A stretch of 64,000 nt of DNA. Origin: Eledone cirrhosa. Its lineage: Eukaryota. Of the stretch, positions 48,790 to 60,739 are shown piece by piece. The notes under the pieces were generated by a model. It was not told the DNA's origin and did no database searches. It worked only from the letters and a program-made list of their open reading frames with translations. Where the stretch lies: the NCBI GenBank assembly GCA_964016885.1, contig OZ024740.1, positions 409,696,001 to 409,760,000 of the forward strand, given 5' to 3'. Numbering within the stretch: the first letter of the stretch is position 1; each line of letters begins with the position of its first letter. A program made the translations under genes and the position numbers.

Positions 48790-49603
48790 CATTAGCACTA
48801 ACTGAAACGCACCCGACAAGCAGTATAGCAGATGCGGAAATACATATACCAAAGTATACTGTATACTGTTCAGGCAGGAAGGAGAGAACTCATGGTGGGG
48901 TTGCCCTGTACATCCGTGAAGATGTCACACCCATTGTACGGTTGACACATTCCAACTCAGTCTGTGACCCGCAGTACATATGAAGCAACTGCAAATGGTA
49001 ATATGCGTCACATATCGGCCACCCCTAGTCATGAAGGTAAGTTTGAAGATAGCCTCAGAAGGATGGAAGAACTCCTTGACAAACTGGATCAGTCTCAACT
49101 TTCTGCTACTGGGAGACTTTAACCTAATGTCAAATGGCCTGAGGGTCACCTCCTCCCTGGAATGACATAACTCGAACAGAGACAGAGGGAGTCGCTGCTG
49201 GCCCTCACACACAGGCTGTTCATGGGACAAGCAGTGCTCCTCCCAACAAGAGGCGAGAATATCCTGGATCTCTGCTTTACAAATAACGCAGTGCTCATTC
49301 ACAATGTAAAGGTGACACCAACGATTTTCTCTGGGCTGAGGACAACATGCAGTTTAATGCTGGAAATATTCAAGCCCTACAATACCAACCTGCTAACACA
49401 AAGACAATACAACACAGCTACACCGCACCAGGAGGGAACTAAATCTCCGTGTCAAAATCGATAGGAGAGCTGGGAATAAACATGAGCGACGATGCAGCTT
49501 TTTCTTCACACATCATGAGGGTGGCGACAATGTGCAGACGGACTCACTGGCTGGATCTTGAGGACTTTCTGGACACGAGACCGAGACACCATGTTGATAC
49601 TAA
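48790..49603 (+). mobile_element. Internally deleted CR1/L2-like LINE ORF2 remnant (AP endonuclease joined to a post-RT segment)
   Basis: Frameshifted motifs LALTETH, RTHGGVALYIRE, VTYRPP, LLLGDFN and PTRGENILDLCFTN, followed by ELGINMSDD..FSSHI and GWILRTF. Confidence 0.88.
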
Positions 49604-49659
49604 ATGTTTTTAATTAAACATACGGTATATTGCCAAATATACTATACATACATACGTAC

Positions 49660-49703
<44 letters not shown>

Positions 49704-49828
49704 CCGAAATCAAGAAAAATCAGATGAATTTAATCTAAATCAAAATTATGGGTGTCATGCCAGAAAGACATGCGCCATATCACCCGCAAAATAAGCTCTA
49801 AGATTCTAACGAGTAGGTCCAAGCATTT

Positions 49829-50003
49829 TATAATAACTAGAAATTGATTAACATATAAATAAACATGAATAATCACAGGAGATAATTTTTACAAGTGTGT
49901 AACCACACGTAGCTAGGTAGGTAACTAAATAAAGTTGACCAAAACTTCAAAAATTATCTCCTGTGATTATTCATGTATATTTATATGTTAATCAATTTCT
50001 AGT

Positions 50004-50010
<7 letters not shown>
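49829..50010. repeat. Inverted repeat with ~62 bp arms (49829-49890 / 49949-50010) ending in (TA)n
   Basis: taataactagaaattgattaacatataaat is the reverse complement of atttatatgttaatcaatttctagttatta. A related sequence occurs at ~46027-46200. Confidence 0.85.
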
Positions 50011-50062
<52 letters not shown>

Positions 50063-50257
50063 GATAAATCTACCAAAAGTTTACGGTAGTGTCCAATCCG
50101 TATGAAGAACTCAATGTAATCCGGATATCATGGAAAGAAGAGATGCATTCAAAAATCACTTTCGGTGAAAGATAAACGGAATACAGAGTCAAGATAAAAT
50201 ATTAAAAAAATAATGAATAAAACAAAGAAACAGTTCCTTATATTAAACAAAAAAAAG

Positions 50258-50400
50258 TTCATTATTTAACGATCGTTTCTAGGACATATATGTGTTAGAA
50301 TTGGCATGCATATTCAAAAGATCTATGTACAAAATTATACAAACTATCAAGGAGAATATACATACCATCACATATATATGCTGTCTTCAGAAATAATGAA
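50258..50400 (-). ncRNA. Type I hammerhead motif of the Penelope pseudo-LTR (left arm)
   Basis: Minus strand reads ttcattattt-CTGAAGA-extended stem II-GAAAC-GATC-GTT-aaataatgaa. Confidence 0.75.
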
Positions 50401-51175
50401 GTATATTTATTGATAATAACAACAATTCAAAATTACAGGTCTGTTTGGGAACAGATTTTAAATAGACCAATGAAATACATAAAAATTCATCAAGAAAATA
50501 CAGTTAGGTGTGTGTATATATGTAAGTAACTTCGTTCACAGATATGCATAAAAATGTATGTTCACGTGCATACGCATGTCGAAAAAGTGTATGTAAATAT
50601 AAAAATTTAGGGCTAATGTCTCTGTATGTTTATAATCTACAGACAAAATATACATACATATACATATATATATAGATACATATATACACACATATACATA
50701 CATTCATACACACACACGCATATATACATAAACACACACATACCTACGAACACACATATATATACACGCACACACACACACATATGTATATATTATTATT
50801 ATAACTATATGGATATTGAGGCGCACACATAAACACGGCCACACACACTTACATTTAGATGCAGAATTAAAAGGAGGTAAGGGAGTAAGTAATTAAAGGA
50901 GAGTGTCAAACTCAGCATATTTATAAAAATGTATCTATAAAGTTAGAAATAAAAAGAAATATAATAAAAGAAATATAATAAAAACATTAAAAAAACATAA
51001 AAGAGAGACATAAAATATACATGCTTATATACCTACGCACATTTACACATCCATACATTCGATACATACATACGTAGACACACACACATACACATACTTA
51101 ACCTCACGCATATTAACCTGTTTGTATGCATATACATAAAAACAAGTAAAACATATACTCATACATATAAATACA

Positions 51176-51247
<72 letters not shown>

Positions 51248-51451
51248 CACACAACACACATATATACATATATGTACACACACATACACACATACATACA
51301 CATACATATATACACATACATATACACACATATATATACACACACACACATACATATACATATATATACATACACACACATACCCATGTATATATACACA
51401 CAACCACACACACACACACACTCAGACATACATAAATATAGAGACATACAT

Positions 51452-51495
<44 letters not shown>

Positions 51496-51591
51496 ATAAA
51501 TAAATACACACAGTCAGACAATTATGCACATATATACACATACATACACACATCTCTACAAATACATATACATACACATACATACATACAC

Positions 51592-51643
<52 letters not shown>

Positions 51644-52774
51644 TCATACACACTTATTTACATGCGCACATATGTATTTTTATACTCACATACAAACACA
51701 CAAACATACATACATACTTACATACACATACATACATCCACGCTTACAAATACGAATAATTATGGGGGGGGGGGGAGGGGGATTAAAATTATTAGTGGGA
51801 AATAGTAAATATAGGTTTCAAGGAACATAGAATATTAATCTGCATTTAAATCATAATATGTGTTTACATAGTAGTGTCAGTATTAGGAAATGGTATTTGT
51901 AAGAAAGAAGGCTAAATTATGCATTTTAATATAAGTAGACTATTAATTATAGGTTAATTAAAGTAAAAATAGTTAATATATTAATTTCTAAGGTGTATAC
52001 TACTTAGGTTTATAATATTTAAAGCGGAATTTTGAAGTTAAACAGTAGTAGAGTATTAATTATAGCATAACTAAATTAAAAATATTAACATGATGGTATC
52101 AATTTTAGGAAATGAATTTTGTAATAGGGAAAGCCAAATTAAGTATTTCATCGGTAGTAGAATATTAATTATAGGTTAACTAAATTAAAAATTATATATT
52201 AATTTCTATAGTATATGTTAATTAGGTTTATAATAATTAATGCAAAATTTTGTATTTTATCTATAGTAGAATATAATTATAGGTTAACTAAATTAAAATT
52301 AATCTATATATTTATTTGTAAAGAATATATTAATTAGGTATATATTTAAAAGTTTTTCTCAGTTTATGATTACACGATATTCTGCAATCCATCTGTATTA
52401 GAATTTTAATTTTAAGCTAACTAAATTAAAATTATAGGTTAACTAAATTAAAATTAATTTATAAATTAATTTCTAAATTGTATATTAATTAGGTTTATAA
52501 TATTAAAAAGTATTTCTCTGTTATTGATTACACGATATTTTGTTATATTTCATCTGTAAAGGAATTTTAATAAAAGGTTAAATAAACTAAAATTAATCTA
52601 TATATTAATTTCCAAAGTATATATTAATTATGTTAATAATATTTAAAAGTTTTTCACAGTTTATGATTATACGATATTTTTTAATTTCATCTGTAGTAGA
52701 ATTTTAATTAAATTAAAATTATAGGTTAACTACATTTAAATTAATTTATATATTAATTTCTAAAATATATATTA

Positions 52775-54147
52775 TTAATTAGGTTTATAATATTTAAATG
52801 TTTTTCTCAGTTTATGATTACACGATATAATTAATTCCTGTCGCTTATTTAATAGGATATCCTTAGATTTCATTATTTCAAATAGTTCTTGGGAACAAAA
52901 TCTACATTCATTTCTATTATTTTGATAAGGGGTGGCTCTTTTGAGCACACTCCAGGTCATATCATATTCTATATTCTTATTTCTATAACTATTAATTTTT
53001 TCTGCTAGAGATGTTGTATTAGCCAGTGCGGCATTTTTAAAACTATGTTTGTGGGTATTAAACCTTACCTTAAAATTGTTAGAAGTAGCTCCTATATATG
53101 AGCAAATAGAATCTTTAGTTTTAACTTTACATTTATAAACTATGTTGTTAACAAGACAATTTCCTTTTAATGGGCAGTTTGCTTTGTTTCTACAGTTATA
53201 ACCTTTCGTTAATTCTGTATTTGAGGAGATATTATGGTTAGTTTGATGTATTGGTGGTATACTTATGGTTTTTTTACATTTATATGCATTATAGGCACTT
53301 ATATTTTGTTTTATGTTTTTGGTTGTTGAGTATGAGAATTTAACTGTTGATCTATTTAAGATTTGATGGTATTTGTGGTTTGGCAGGAAGTTTTTCTCTA
53401 GGATATTAAAAAATTTTTTAGCTATATTATCCTTAATTTGTAAATTAAATGGAGCATTATACCAAGTAACTCGTCTATTACGGTTTCTATGTTGTTTATT
53501 CTTTTTATAGGATGGATCGTGATGTTTACTAGGAGGATTAATGTTAATGACCTCACCACGCACATTTTTAGTTAGATTTATTGATTTAGGTGTTTTATCT
53601 TGTTTATTAGGAGTTTTATTATTGACATTTATTAGAGTTGTATGATGAGTAGTTTTTTGAGAGTTACTATACTTTATATTAGAGGAGTTAGAGAAATTTG
53701 GTTTTATGTTGGTATTTTGGGGTATAGTGTGAGTGGCATTTAGGTGTGTACTTTTCATTTGGTGTTTGTTGGTAATATTAGGTTGTATGTTTATAGTGTT
53801 ATTAGTAGAAGGTATATATTCCAATCTATTTTTGTGGCCACTTCTATCTAGAGCTTCGTTATAGAAGGTCGCATTTTTATCAAATACATCTTGGTTAGAC
53901 GAAAGGTTAGAAATTCTAAGTGATATATTATATGCAAAGTTTTTAAGGATAGATTTAGGGTGATTAGATTGTGAGTGTATGTAGTGTAAGTTTTGGTTGG
54001 GTTTATGGTAAGGTTGGTAGATACCCGTAGCTAAGTCTAAAGTTATATCTAGGAAATTAACTACTTTACTTGTGTTTTCAAAAGTAATATGAAGACTATA
54101 ATAGTCTTTAAGGAAAGTTCTAATAAGCTTTTTGTTTTTTTCTATTT
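52775..54147 (-). pseudogene. Penelope-like ORF, 5'-truncated: RT C-terminus/thumb, linker and GIY-YIG endonuclease
   Basis: Motifs VNFLDITLDL..G.YQPYHKPN, SNHP, NCR...CPLKGNC, IVYKC...YIGAT..FKVRF..H, C..C..E and LLNKRQE. The nominal start at 54181 lies inside the inverted arm and the catalytic RT motifs are absent. Confidence 0.9.
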
Positions 54148-54720
54148 CAGTTAAATTCTCATACTCAACAACCAAAAACATAAAACAAAATATAAGTGCC
54201 TATAATGCATATAAATGTAAAAAAAACCATAAGTATACCACCAATACATCAAACTAACCATAATATCTCCTCAAATACAGAATTAACGAAAGGTTGTAAC
54301 TGGAGAAACAAAGCAAACTGCCCATTAAAAGGAAATTGTCTTGTTAACAACATAGTTTATAAATGTAAAGTTAAAACTAAAGATTCTATTTGCTCATATA
54401 TAGGAGCTACTTCTAACAATTTTAAGGTAAGTTTTAATACCCACAAACATAGTTTTAAAAATGCCGCACTGGCTAATACAACATCTCTAGCAGAAAAAAT
54501 TAATAGTTATAGAAATAAGAATATAGAATATGATATGACCTGGAGTGTGCTCAAAAGAGCCACCCCTTATCAAAATAATAGAAATGAATGTAGATTGTGT
54601 TCCCAAGAACTATTTGAAATAATGAAATCTAAGGATATCCTATTAAATAAGCGACAGGAATTAATTATATCGTGTAATCATAAACTGAGAAAAACATTTA
54701 AATATTATAAACCTAATTAA
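54148..54720 (+). pseudogene. Inverted copy of the Penelope GIY-YIG region
   Basis: Near-identical to 52775-53346 reversed. A run of 8 A (7 in the left arm) near 54219 shifts the frame. Confidence 0.9.
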
Positions 54721-55560
54721 TAATATATATTTTAGAAATTAATATATAAATTAATTTAAATGTAGTTAACCTATAATTTTAATTTAATTAAAATTCTACT
54801 ACAGATGAAATTAAAAAATATCGTATAATCATAAACTGTGAAAAACTTTTAAATATTATTAACATAATTAATATATACTTTGGAAATTAATATATAGATT
54901 AATTTTAGTTTATTTAACCTTTTATTAAAATTCCTTTACAGATGAAATATAACAAAATATCGTGTAATCAATAACAGAGAAATACTTTTTAATATTATAA
55001 ACCTAATTAATATACAATTTAGAAATTAATTTATAAATTAATTTTAATTTAGTTAACCTATAATTTTAATTTAGTTAGCTTAAAATTAAAATTCTAATAC
55101 AGATGGATTGCAGAATATCGTGTAATCATAAACTGAGAAAAACTTTTAAATATATACCTAATTAATATATTCTTTACAAATAAATATATAGATTAATTTT
55201 AATTTAGTTAACCTATAATTATATTCTACTATAGATAAAATACAAAATTTTGCATTAATTATTATAAACCTAATTAACATATACTATAGAAATTAATATA
55301 TAATTTTTAATTTAGTTAACCTATAATTAATATTCTACTACCGATGAAATACTTAATTTGGCTTTCCCTATTACAAAATTCATTTCCTAAAATTGATACC
55401 ATCATGTTAATATTTTTAATTTAGTTATGCTATAATTAATACTCTACTACTGTTTAACTTCAAAATTCCGCTTTAAATATTATAAACCTAAGTAGTATAC
55501 ACCTTAGAAATTAATATATTAACTATTTTTACTTTAATTAACCTATAATTAATAGTCTAC
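54668..55560 (+). repeat. Degenerate AT-rich tandem repeats of the ORF terminus in the Penelope 3' UTR (mirrored at ~51940-52830)
   Basis: atatcgtgtaatcataaactgagaaaaac...tttaaatat recurs at ~54668, 54818, 54957 and 55116 (~150 bp period), then decays. Confidence 0.8.
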
Positions 55561-55862
55561 TTATATTAAAATGCATAATTTAGCCTTCTTTCTTACAAAT
55601 ACCATTTCCTAATACTGACACTACTATGTAAACACATATTATGATTTAAATGCAGATTAATATTCTATGTTCCTTGAAACCTATATTTACTATTTCCCAC
55701 TAATAATTTTAATCCCCCTCCCCCCCCCCCCCCCCATAATTATTCGTATTTGTAAGCGTGGATGTATGTATGTGTATGTAAGTATGTATGTATGTATGTT
55801 TGTGTGTTTGTATGTGAGTATAAAAATACATATGTGCGCATGTAAATAAGTGTGTATGAGTG

Positions 55863-55895
<33 letters not shown>

Positions 55896-55989
55896 GTGTA
55901 TGTATGTATGTGTATGTATATGTATTTGTAGAGATGTGTGTATGTATGAGTATATATGTGCATAATTGTCTGACTGTGTGTATTTATTT

Positions 55990-56046
<57 letters not shown>

Positions 56047-56266
56047 ATGTATGTCTCTATATTTATGTATGTCTGAGTGTGTGTGTGTGTGTGGTTGTGT
56101 GTATATATACATGGGTATGTGTGTGTATGTATATATATGTATATGTATGTGTGTGTGTATATATATGTGTGTATATGTATGTGTATATATGTATATATAT
56201 ATATATATGTATGTGTATGTATGTGTGTATGTGTGTGTACATATATGTATATATGTGTGTTGTGTG

Positions 56267-56316
<50 letters not shown>

Positions 56317-56335
56317 TGTATTTATATGTATGAGT

Positions 56336-57135
56336 ATATGTTTTACTTGTTTTTATGTATATGCATACAAACAGGTTAATATGCGTGAGGTTAAGTATGT
56401 GTATGTGTGTGTGTCTACGTATGTATGTATCGAATGTAAGGATGTGTAAATGTGCGTAGGTATATAACCATGTATATTTTATGTCTCTCTTTTATGTTTT
56501 TTTTATGTTTTTATTATATTTCTTTTATTATATTTCCTTTTATTTCTAACTTTATAGATACATTTTTATAAATATGCTGAGTTTGACACTCTCCTTTAAT
56601 TACTTACTCCCTTACCTCCTTTTAATTCTGCATCTAAATGTAAGTGTGTGTGGCCGTGTTTATGTGTGCGCCTCAATGTCCATATAGTTATAATAATAAT
56701 ATATACGTATGTGTGTGTGTGTGCGTGTATATATATATGTTTTACTTGTTTTTATGTATATGCATACAAACAGGTTAATATGCGTGAGGTTAAGTATGTG
56801 TATGTGTGTGTGTCTACGTATGTATGTATCGAATGTATGGATGTGTAAATGTGCGTAGGTATATAAGCATGTATATTTTATGTCTCTCTTTTATGTTTTT
56901 TTTATGTTTTTATTATATTTCTTTTATTATATTTCCTTTTATTTCTAACTTTATAGATACATTTTTATAAATATGCTGAGTTTGACACTCTCCTTTAATT
57001 ACTTACTCCCTTACCTCCTTTTTAATTCTGCATCTAAATGTAAGTGTGTGTGGCCGTGTTTATGTGTGCGCCTCAATGTCCATATAGTTATAATAATAAT
57101 ATATACGTATGTGTGTGTGTGTGCGTGTATATATA
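56336..57135 (+). repeat. ~399 bp tandem duplication present only in the right arm
   Basis: ttttacttgtttttatgtatatgcatacaaacagg at 56341 and 56740. The left arm has a single copy. Confidence 0.9.
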
Positions 57136-57490
57136 TGTGTGTTCGTAGGTATGTGTGTGTTTATGTATATATGCGTGTGTGTGTATGAATGTATGTATAT
57201 GTGTGTATATATGTATCTATATATATATGTATATGTATGTATATTTTGTCTGTGGATTATAAACATACAGAGACATTAGCCCTAAATTTTTATATTTACA
57301 TACACTTTTTCGACATGAGTATGCATGTGAACATACATTTTTATGCATATCTGTGAACGAAGTTACTTACATATATACACACACCTAACTGTATTTTCTT
57401 GATGAATTTTTATGTATTTCATTGGTCTATTTAAAATCTGTTCCCAACAGACCTGTAATTTTGAATTGTTGTTATTATCAATAAATATAC

Positions 57491-57633
57491 TTCATTATTT
57501 CTGAAGACAGCATATATATGTGATGGTATGTATATTCTCCTTGATAGTTTGTATAATTTTGTACATAGATCTTTTGAATATGCATGCCAATTCTAACACA
57601 TATATGTCCTAGAAACGATCGTTAAATAATGAA
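57491..57633 (+). ncRNA. Type I hammerhead motif of the Penelope pseudo-LTR (right arm), GUU site
   Basis: 10-bp stem I ttcattattt/aaataatgaa, CTGAAGA at 57501 and GAAACGATCGTT at 57612, with a ~100 nt stem II domain between them. Confidence 0.75.
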
Positions 57634-57688
57634 CTTTTTTTTGTTTAATATAAGGAACTGTTTCTTTGTTTTATTCATTATTTTTTTA

Positions 57689-57722
<34 letters not shown>

Positions 57723-57955
57723 TATATATATAGATATATATAAGAGTGGAAGTGAGTAAAATCGAAGTTGCGGCGCTCAGCCAGCATCCATAAAAAGACA
57801 ATATTCGGAAGCTTTGCACGAAGCACTCAATAAGAAGAAATCAATAAATCGATAAGTTACATCTCAGAGTAATAAACATACGTTAAAAGGCGTGACAAAT
57901 TGAAAACTGTGGTTAAGGGGACAAGGCCACAGAATATTTATATATTTCGGACCAT

Positions 57956-58795
57956 ACCAAAATCAACATACTGATTGCGGATTTGGTACGGGTGATGAGA
58001 AACGTGTCCCGCATGTGCAACCCCGAAGAACTAGAGAGACACATACAACACTTCATCCACCGTATGCAGTTCTCTGGTTACAATCAGAGAGATAAAATCA
58101 GAGTGTATAGAGGAGCCAGAACCAAATGGGAAAAAATGGTAAATAATGACACAAATGTGACCTGCCCCTTGTATAGGAGCAAATTTTGGAATAGAATAAA
58201 AAGAACTAGGAATAAGGCTAATAGAATAAACTCATGGTATGATAGCAATAAATACCAGAGTGTAATGTTCATCGATACAACCCCTAGAGTTGAATTAGCT
58301 TACAAATTTAGAAGGGCCCTAGGTAAACATAAACTCAATATTAAGATAGTAGAAAGACCAGGTACCTCCATAAAAACACTTATTAGCAAGACATACCCTT
58401 TTCAAAGACCTCCCTGTATAGGTAAGAAATGTATAATCTGTAAATTAAGCCCCCATATTAACTGTAAAACTAGAAATGTAGTATATAGCATAAGATGTAC
58501 CGAAGGACAATGTAGAGAAAAAAATATAGTGTACATAGGTGAGACAGCTCGTAGTATAGGGGAACGGATAAATGAACACTGGCGAGACCTTCAAGATAGT
58601 AAAGAATCATCTGTACTCTACCAACATGCTAAAATAGAACATAAGGGTAAATTAGGAACAGAAATAAAAATAGAATCTACACACAGAAAAGACGCAATGT
58701 TTAGACAAATCACAGAGGCAATAAACATAAATGAATTACAACCAAAATTAAATAGAAAACATGAGTGGAACAGCAACATCACAACTTACAATTAA
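57956..58795 (+). pseudogene. Second Penelope-like element (different family), 5'-truncated: thumb/linker, Cys-rich motif and GIY-YIG endonuclease
   Basis: Motifs MQFSGY, KIVERPG, C-x4-C-x2-C, CKTRNVVYSIRC, YIGETARS..ER..EH, RQITEA and LNRKHEW. The frame is open but there is no RT core. Confidence 0.9.
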
Positions 58796-58997
58796 GGACA
58801 AAATGAAAACACACACGCACATAGAACAAACAACCAACCAGTAACATGTAAATAAACAAATAAATAAACGAATATAAACACACACAGACACCCGGATGTA
58901 ACACATGCGCAAACTAAGCACACAACGCACACACAAAAACAAGATGGCGTAGGACAGAACAAAGGAGAGGCACAAAAAACAAAGAAAAGAACCCCCA

Positions 58998-59040
58998 GTC
59001 ACCGAAGAGGTCACAGAATGTGTGACGAAAGAACTTTGAC
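58998..59040 (+). ncRNA. Degenerate minimal hammerhead motif in the 3' UTR of the second Penelope element
   Basis: gtca-CCGAAGA-g-gtcaca gaatg tgtgac-GAAA-gaac-TT-tgac. Confidence 0.5.
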
Positions 59041-59248
59041 AATATATAAACAACCATCTGGTTGTGGAACCAACCAACCAACCGGAAATTTATAAATTCC
59101 TAAATTTATAAATTTATTATAATAAATTGAAGTGAAAGCAACTGGTGCGTGTGTTTCTTATTGGCAACATGACCCTCCCAAAGTATAACAAAATCGGTTT
59201 CAACACACGTTTTCAGATAAAGAATCTTGCTAAACAAATTCAGAAACG

Positions 59249-59420
<172 letters not shown>

Positions 59421-59599
59421 GAGATTCGCCTGAAATGTTCACAGGCTGACTATGAAGGAGTGATGCTAGAGCTGTGAAATTTTGCATGCTTTAATTTCAA
59501 CGATTCATATTAATAACTGCATTGTTTTTTTCCGGGGACTATGATGAAAAATAAACTTCATTTGGTCATTGTACCAAAAGTACCTTTTTAGCCGACCCT

Positions 59600-59654
<55 letters not shown>

Positions 59655-60118
59655 AGAGTCAGGACCTCGACAGCTGAGCTCCGGCCGTTTCGACAGCTAG
59701 ATCCGAACTGTGTATGTCTAAGATCGCGTATATACGTATATGTTGATGTGTTCAGTATAATCATGTTTCTTATAATTTACCGCTCATTCTCATCAGGATG
59801 AGATCTTCAGTACATTTCCACTGAGTATATTTTTTTGTTCATTTGTCTGAATAAGTTCCATATGAAATTCTGTGTGTGGGGTGGAGAATGAATATGTTTG
59901 GGTGGAAAATGTATGTGTGAGGGTAGAGAGTGTATGTGTGCGTGTGTGTTTGTGAATAACCTATATGAAAAATATTATCTTTTGTGAAAATATTGACGAT
60001 GTGCTTCAATAAGTTATTATTATTGTAACAAATTGTATAAAACAAAAACGAGAGAAAAGGGGTTATTAGCTAAAGCTTCACACACACAGACACCTACGCG
60101 CGCGCACACACACACACC

Positions 60119-60233
60119 TATAAAACCCTCAAATTTTGCATTTGGTATCAGATAACTCAAACGCTTAGGTTTCATACTTCTTTCATTCAACTATCTGGTT
60201 CTTGTGATTTTTTTTTTTTCTGAAGAGTTTTTG
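60119..60233 (+). promoter_or_regulatory. Paralogous copy of the EF-hand gene core promoter/5' UTR, truncated by an insertion
   Basis: TATAAAA..ccct..attt...ttggtatcagata.ctc...ttcata...tctttcattcaactatc...ttct aligns by eye with 44153-44250. No EF-hand exon follows. Confidence 0.7.
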
Positions 60234-60640
60234 AAAAAAGATGAGTGTTGTCATCTTTTTCCATTTCTCCGAGGGTTATAAACCCCACTATCAGGCTAGA
60301 AATTTCTTTAGTCTAAAATACGGTGAAAGCTTATAATTTCTAATTTCAAACTCGCGCACCGTTTCAAAAACATACTTACATGTTTACGTTTATAATTTGT
60401 TTGTTTATCATTCACTTGCTAAGTTCATAGCTTCTAATTCGAATGGAAGGAGATGGTATGTGTATTGGTGTAATGGTAGCACAGTGGTCTAGATAACCAA
60501 AGATGTGGGTTCGACTCCCATGTACGGCAATACTCATCTTTTTTTTCCATTTCTCCGAGAGTTATAAACCCCCACTATCAGGCTAGAAATTTCTTTAGTC
60601 TAAAATACGGTGAAAGCTTATATTTTCTAATTTCTAATAT
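60234..60640. mobile_element. Short element with ~100 bp direct repeats (60251-60347 / 60534-60636) enclosing a tRNA-like sequence and ending in (TA)n
   Basis: tcatcttttt..ccatttctccgag.gttataaacccc..ctatcaggctagaaatttctttagtctaaaatacggtgaaagctt occurs twice. Confidence 0.75.
60459..60529 (+). pseudogene. tRNA-like sequence (SINE head or tRNA pseudogene)
   Basis: A box TGGTGTAATGG and B box GGTTCGACTCC. D, anticodon (loop CTAGATA) and T arms fold, but the acceptor stem has two mismatches. Confidence 0.7.
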
Positions 60641-60739
60641 ATATATATATATATGTATGTATATATATATATACATATATATGTATGTGTGTATGTGCGT
60701 GTGTGTTTGTGTGTGCGCGTGCACTACCCGATTCTTCCA

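Larger units (their letters stand above)
50060..57697. mobile_element. 5'-truncated Penelope-like element with a long inverted 3' copy (arms 50194-53346 / 54148-57697, 801 bp spacer), flanked by (TA)n
   Basis: The arms are near-identical reverse complements, each with a GIY-YIG coding region, a long 3' UTR and a hammerhead motif. The left copy has ~134 bp of extra tail. Confidence 0.95.

Noticed and set aside
52775-54181. 468-aa ORF as a complete gene
   Set aside because: Its start lies in the inverted arm and the RT catalytic core is missing. It is a truncated retroelement.
59670-59815. Minus-strand CTGAAGA/CTGATGA ... GAAACGGCCG hammerhead candidates
   Set aside because: No convincing NUH triplet or stem I.
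60241-60336. ATG after the paralogous 5' UTR as the start of a second gene
   Set aside because: The ATG belongs to the inverted fragment of the inserted element, and the peptide has no EF-hand.
60459-60529. Functional tRNA-Ser(AGA)
   Set aside because: The acceptor stem is broken, position 37 is T, there is no long variable arm, and it is embedded in a repeat.
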